Assembly (NCBI GenBank): GCA_964584665.1
Contig: CAZPAO010000011.1
Coordinates: forward strand, 1,132-65,131
Length of the DNA stretch: 64,000 nucleotides
Direction of reading: 5' to 3'
Source of the DNA: an uncultured Gammaproteobacteria bacterium
GTDB taxonomy: Bacteria; Pseudomonadota; Gammaproteobacteria; Natronospirales; REEB76
The position numbers and the translations under genes were made by a program. The notes under the pieces were generated by a model. That model was not told the DNA's origin. It saw nothing but the letters and a program-made list of their open reading frames with translations, and made no database searches. Below are positions 60,073 through 64,000 of the stretch, one piece after another. The stretch's first letter is position 1. Each line of letters starts with the position of its first letter.

Positions 60073-60211
60073 TGTGGCAGGTGTGGTTCCAAGTGGTAGA
60101 CGCTAGCCGGCGACCATCTTCCCCCTGACGGCGCCGACTTTCTTATATCGTAAGCTCTCCACAGCATGGGCGGCCCAAGCGACAAAGGATGAAGCCCCCG
60201 CCTAAAATGAA

Positions 60212-60233
60212 AACCCCGCCATAGAGCGGGGTT
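60212..60233 (-). terminator. rho-independent terminator of the HNH gene
   Basis: AACCCCGC-cataga-GCGGGGTT. The minus strand continues TTTCATTTT. Confidence 0.7.
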
Positions 60234-60256
60234 CGTGCTTATCCGCACTATTCAGC

Positions 60257-60859
60257 TCAAGCCAGCAGTTGCTTGACTCGCAGGTGCAAGGGGCTCGAGC
60301 GAGGAAAATGCGCCAACAGGAACTCCATCTGGTCCGCGAGGATGCGCCGGCCCTTCAGGAAGATGTACTCGGCATGGTTGGGCGTGAACGGGATGGCGAG
60401 CAGCTGCATGCGCGCCTCTTCCGGCGTGCGCTGGGCCTTGTGGTTGTTGCAACGCTTGCAGGCCGCCACCACGTTGGTCCAGGCATCGTGCCCGCCGCGG
60501 CTCAAGGGCGTGACGTGCTCGCGGGAGAGTTCACCGGAGGAGAACCGCTTGCCGCAGTACATGCACACGTGCGCATCGCGCTTGAAGAGGGTGTGGTTGT
60601 TGAGCGGCGGCACGTAGTGCTTGCGCGCCTTGGCGAGGGCATGGTTGTTGCCGTAGGTGGCGATGATGGAATTCACTTCGATGACGCTGCGCCGGCCGCT
60701 CTTGGCGCAGATACCGCCGTGCAGGCGATACAGCAGGCTGCCGTAGCTGTACGCCACCTGATCCAGGTGATACAGCTTCACCGCATCCTGGTAGTCGATC
60801 CACTCGAGCGGCATGCCCGCCGCATCGGTGCGCAGTACTTCTTGCGAGAGGTCGTACAC
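60257..60859 (-). CDS. HNH endonuclease domain protein
   Basis: GAGGGG SD, GTG start. HNH/Zn motif CMYCGKRF..REHVTPLSRGG..WTNVVAACKRCNNHK. Confidence 0.8.
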   Translation of the reverse strand: MYDLSQEVLRTDAAGMPLEWIDYQDAVKLYHLDQVAYSYGSLLYRLHGGICAKSGRRSVIEVNSIIATYGNNHALAKARKHYVPPLNNHTLFKRDAHVCMYCGKRFSSGELSREHVTPLSRGGHDAWTNVVAACKRCNNHKAQRTPEEARMQLLAIPFTPNHAEYIFLKGRRILADQMEFLLAHFPRSSPLHLRVKQLLA

Positions 60860-61024
60860 CGTGTCCCCTCAAGGCACTGAATATTCAAGGCAAAATATTG
60901 CAGTAATAGGCTTAAAAAGCAACGACAAGCCCAAGACGATCCGGGGAAAGTCCCCCGCCCCGGCGGGGTGGCAAAACCCCCCCGGCACGCTACACTGCTC
61001 CCGGCCCCAAAAGACGGGAAAAAC

Positions 61025-62149
61025 ATGGCCATCAAGCTATTCGTGCCCCTGGAACAGAGCGGTGGCGAGCGCCGCGTGGCCCTCTGCCCGCCGGTGGCGG
61101 CCAAGCTCAAGGCCCTCGGGGTGGAGCTGATGCTGGAGCCCGGCGCCGGCGATTCCGCAGGTTTCCCCGACAGCCTGTTCCCGGACGCGCGCTTCCTGAA
61201 ACCCCCTGAAGCCATCCCGCAGGCGGACCTGGTGTTCCGTGTCACCCCGCCGCCTGTCGCCAACGTGCCGCACATGCGCGCGGGTTCGGTGCTGGTGGCG
61301 TTCCTCGCGCCCCATAAGGATCCGGACCGCATCAAGGCTTTGCGCGATGCACGCGTGACCGCCTTCTCCATGGAGCTGGTGCCGCGCATCTCCCGCGCCC
61401 AGGCCATGGACGCGCTCTCCTCCCAGGCCGCCGCCGCCGGCTACAAAGCCGCGCTGCTCGCCGCCGAGAAACTCGGCCGCTTCTTCCCCATGCTCACCAC
61501 CGCTGCCGGCACCATCCGTCCGGCCAAGGTGCTGGTGGTGGGTGCCGGTGTCGCGGGCTTGCAGGCCATCGCCACCGCACGGCGCCTGGGCGCCATGGTG
61601 GAAGGCTACGACGTGCGCGCGGCGGCGCGGGAACAGGTGGAATCCCTGGGCGCGAAGTTCGTGGACACGGGCGTCTCGGCGGAAGGCGCCGGTGGCTACG
61701 CCCGCGAACTCACCGCCGAAGAAAAGCAGAAGCAGCAGGACGCGCTGGCGAAACACGTGGCGCTGGCGGATGCGGTGATCACCACCGCCGCCATCCCGGG
61801 CCGCCCGGCGCCGAAGATCCTGACCCGCGCCATGGTGGAAGCCATGAAGCCCGGCGCACTCATCATCGACCTCGCCGCCGAGACCGGCGGCAACTGCGAA
61901 CTGACCCAGCCCGGCGAGGACGTACGCCACGGCCACGTACTGGTGTCGGGCCCCCTGAACCTGCCGAGCCTGCTGGCCGAGCATGCCTCCGACATGTACG
62001 CCCGCAACCTGCTCAACTTCTTCACGCCGCTGGTGAAGGACGGGAAGATCGCCATAGATTGGAACGACGAGGTCTATGCCAAGAGCGCCGTAACCCATGA
62101 CGGGAAGATCGTTCACGAAGCCACGCGTAAGCTAGTCGAAGGAGCCTGA
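61025..62149 (+). CDS. pntAA: NAD(P) transhydrogenase subunit alpha, part 1 (dI)
   Basis: Alanine-dehydrogenase-like fold. VLVVGAGVAGLQAIATARRLGA NAD motif. The ORF 5' extension was rejected. Confidence 0.9.
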   Translation: MAIKLFVPLEQSGGERRVALCPPVAAKLKALGVELMLEPGAGDSAGFPDSLFPDARFLKPPEAIPQADLVFRVTPPPVANVPHMRAGSVLVAFLAPHKDPDRIKALRDARVTAFSMELVPRISRAQAMDALSSQAAAAGYKAALLAAEKLGRFFPMLTTAAGTIRPAKVLVVGAGVAGLQAIATARRLGAMVEGYDVRAAAREQVESLGAKFVDTGVSAEGAGGYARELTAEEKQKQQDALAKHVALADAVITTAAIPGRPAPKILTRAMVEAMKPGALIIDLAAETGGNCELTQPGEDVRHGHVLVSGPLNLPSLLAEHASDMYARNLLNFFTPLVKDGKIAIDWNDEVYAKSAVTHDGKIVHEATRKLVEGA

Positions 62150-62151
62150 AC

Positions 62152-62451
62152 ATGATCGACGGCTTTATCGCGCTCTATATATTTATGCTCGCGGGCTTCA
62201 CCGGCTACGAGGTCATCTCGCGGGTGCCGGTGATCCTGCACACGCCCTTGATGTCCGGTTCCAACTTCGTGCACGGCATCGTGCTCGTGGGCGCCATGGT
62301 CGCCTTGGGGCAGGCCGACGGCCCCGTGGAACAGATCATCGGTTTCGTGGGCGTGGCGCTCGCCGCCGGCAACGCGGTGGGCGGCTACGTGGTGACGGAG
62401 CGCATGCTCGAGATGTTCAAGGACAGCGGCGGCAAGAGGGGCAAGGCATGA
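62152..62451 (+). CDS. pntAB: NAD(P) transhydrogenase subunit alpha, part 2 (membrane)
   Basis: 99 aa, 3-4 TM. ..TPLMSGSNFVHGIV.. motif. 2 nt after the pntAA stop. Confidence 0.9.
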   Translation: MIDGFIALYIFMLAGFTGYEVISRVPVILHTPLMSGSNFVHGIVLVGAMVALGQADGPVEQIIGFVGVALAAGNAVGGYVVTERMLEMFKDSGGKRGKA

Positions 62452-63836
62452 ACCTCTCTCCCGCCTTCACGGACGACCTGATCCAAGGCGCCTATTTCCT
62501 GGCGGCCCTGCTCTTCATCGTGGGGCTCAAGCGCATGAGCAGCCCCAAGGGCGCCCGGGTTGGCATCCTGTGGGCCGGCGCCGGCATGCTGGTGGCCACC
62601 CTCATCACCTTCCTCTGGCCGGGCATGCACAACTTCGGCCTCATGCTCGCCGCCATCCTCATCGGCGGCGGCGCGGCCTGGTGGAGCGGCAAGCGCGTGG
62701 CCATGACCGCCATGCCCCAGATGGTGGCGCTCTACAACGGCATGGGCGGCGGCGCGGCGGCGGCCATCGCGGCGGACGAACTGCTGCATCCGGAAGGGCT
62801 CGGGCGCGCGGCGCTCACGCTCGCGGTGGTGGGCGCGTTCATCGGCACCGTCTCCTTCAGCGGCAGCCTCATCGCCTTCGGCAAGCTGCAGGGCCTCATC
62901 AACAAGTCCTGGCGGTTCAAGGGCCAGCAGCTGGTGAATGGCCTGGTGTTCCTGCTGGCGGCGGGCCACGGCGTGATGATCGCCTTAGGCTATGGCCACG
63001 GCATGGGGCCGGTGGTCTTCTTCTTCCTGCTCTCGCTCTTGTTCGGCGTGCTCATGACCGTGCCCATCGGCGGCGCGGACATGCCGGTGGTGATCTCCCT
63101 CTACAACGCCTTCACCGGCCTCGCGGTGGCCTTCGAGGGTTTCGTGCTGCAGAACCCGGCCATGATCATCGCCGGCATGGTGGTGGGCTCGGCGGGCACG
63201 CTGCTCACCCAGCTCATGGCCAAGGCCATGAACCGCTCCATCGGCAACGTGCTGTTCAGCAATTTCGGCGAGACCGCGGCGGCGGGCGGCGAGGTGAGCG
63301 GCAGCCTGAAACCCATCGATGCCGCCGATGCGGGCGTGATGATGGCTTACGGCGCCAAGGTCATCATCGTCCCTGGATACGGGATGGCCGTTGCCCAGGC
63401 CCAGCACAAGGTGTGGGAACTGACCCAGCTCCTGCAATCCCGCGGCGTGACCGTGAAGTTCGCCATCCACCCGGTGGCGGGTCGCATGCCGGGGCACATG
63501 AACGTGCTCTTGGCTGAGGCCGGCGTGCCCTACGACATCATCGCGGACCTGGAGGAGATCAACGCCGAGTTCCCCACCGCCGACGTGGCGCTAATCATCG
63601 GTGCCAACGACGTGGTGAACCCGGACGCGCGCAACCGCAAGGACAGCCCCATCTACGGCATGCCCATCCTGGACGCGGATAAGGCCAAGAACGTGATCGT
63701 CATCAAGCGTGGTCAGGGGCGCGGTTTCTCCGGCATCGAGAACGCGCTCTTCTACATGGACAACACGCGCATGCTGTACGGTGACGGTCAGGAAGCCGTC
63801 GCCCGTCTGATCCAGGGCATCAAGACCCTGGATTAG
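62448..63836 (+). CDS. pntB: NAD(P) transhydrogenase subunit beta
   Basis: ATGA overlap with pntAB. Membrane domain plus dIII (GYGMAVAQAQ, HPVAGRMPGHMNVLLAEA, GANDVVNP). Confidence 0.9.
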   Translation: MNLSPAFTDDLIQGAYFLAALLFIVGLKRMSSPKGARVGILWAGAGMLVATLITFLWPGMHNFGLMLAAILIGGGAAWWSGKRVAMTAMPQMVALYNGMGGGAAAAIAADELLHPEGLGRAALTLAVVGAFIGTVSFSGSLIAFGKLQGLINKSWRFKGQQLVNGLVFLLAAGHGVMIALGYGHGMGPVVFFFLLSLLFGVLMTVPIGGADMPVVISLYNAFTGLAVAFEGFVLQNPAMIIAGMVVGSAGTLLTQLMAKAMNRSIGNVLFSNFGETAAAGGEVSGSLKPIDAADAGVMMAYGAKVIIVPGYGMAVAQAQHKVWELTQLLQSRGVTVKFAIHPVAGRMPGHMNVLLAEAGVPYDIIADLEEINAEFPTADVALIIGANDVVNPDARNRKDSPIYGMPILDADKAKNVIVIKRGQGRGFSGIENALFYMDNTRMLYGDGQEAVARLIQGIKTLD

Positions 63837-63942
63837 CCCTCCCTGGCGCGAGCACGCGCCTCTACGTTCCCCGGCCCGCACATCCTAGTGCGGGCGTTCG
63901 CGCTTCGCCGCTGACTCGCGGCATCAAGACCCTGGACTAGCC
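63816..63942 (+). repeat. 23-bp direct repeat duplicating the pntB 3' end
   Basis: GGCATCAAGACCCTGGA(T/C)TAGCC at 63816-63838 and 63920-63942 (22/23 identical), enclosing 81 bp with a CCCGCAC..GTGCGGG hairpin. Confidence 0.8.
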
Positions 63943-64000
63943 GCCCCTTCCGTACGGCAACGTACAGAGAATTCAGGTATATGCACGTAGAGTCTCTGGA

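Noticed and set aside
60878-60899. TGAATATTCA palindrome and a second AATATT 14 bp away in the HNH/pntAA divergent spacer.
   Set aside because: AATATT is self-complementary and expected by chance in the only AT-rich promoter patch. There is no second matching half-site context.
1-64000. Looked for tRNA/rRNA genes, CRISPR arrays, integrases or transposases, reverse transcriptases, toxin-antitoxin pairs and known riboswitch cores.
   Set aside because: I could find no T-loop (GGTTCGAATCC-like) context outside CDSs, no regularly spaced repeats, and none of the corresponding protein motifs. This is an absence by eye only; tRNAscan/Infernal/HMM runs would be decisive.

Overview
This is a GC-rich bacterial chromosomal segment, roughly two-thirds G+C by eye, and looks proteobacterial. 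I count about 62 supportable protein genes. I found no rRNA, tRNA, CRISPR array, transposase, integrase or phage genes. The high GC produces many long shadow ORFs antisense to real genes, and several six-frame ORFs carry false 5' extensions. I re-derived starts from signal peptides, SD sequences and stop/start overlaps.

Content in order:
(1) A tightly overlap-coupled lipid-modification operon: flavoprotein, DUF1365, CFA-synthase-like, DUF3833, GATase. It is flanked by an SDR, OsmC and a divergent di-iron protein.
(2) Housekeeping and envelope genes: Nudix, YeiH plus an ICMT-like methyltransferase, and tesA/ybbA/ybbP.
(3) A five-gene operon holding three paralogous lipoproteins of unknown family plus an EamA exporter.
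(4) MAPEG, a 2-hydroxyacid dehydrogenase, PaiB, and the Ada-AlkA/Ogt alkylation-repair pair directly downstream of a hybrid HK / REC-PAS / Crp-like operon.
(5) A mixed block: DUF1801, an H1-like Lys/Ala-rich protein, PrcB-like, SIMPL, isochorismatase-like, a deoxyhypusine-synthase homolog, FAH, LtaE, Skp and an exported tricorn-type protease.
(6) The most unusual unit. It is a roughly 12-kb module preceded by a consensus sigma54 promoter. It encodes a membrane-fusion protein, one ABC ATPase, a duplicated pair of FtsX/MacB-type permeases (A-B-A'-B'), an NTF2-like secreted protein, an NtrC-family activator, a histidine kinase with almost no periplasmic loop, and a Met-rich secreted protein.
(7) A stress-type neighbourhood: a BON protein, an OmpR-type regulator fused by ATGA overlap to a stand-alone RsbW-like GHKL ATPase, a NusG paralog plus a nucleotide-sugar dehydrogenase, OmpA/DUF4398 lipoproteins, a disordered hydrophilic protein, and two more Crp-like paralogs, one of them on a low-GC islet.
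(8) An HNH nuclease and pntAA-pntAB-pntB, with a duplicated copy of the pntB 3' end downstream.

A MITE/REP-like intergenic repeat family occurs three times. All family names come from motif recognition and memory; no database search was possible.
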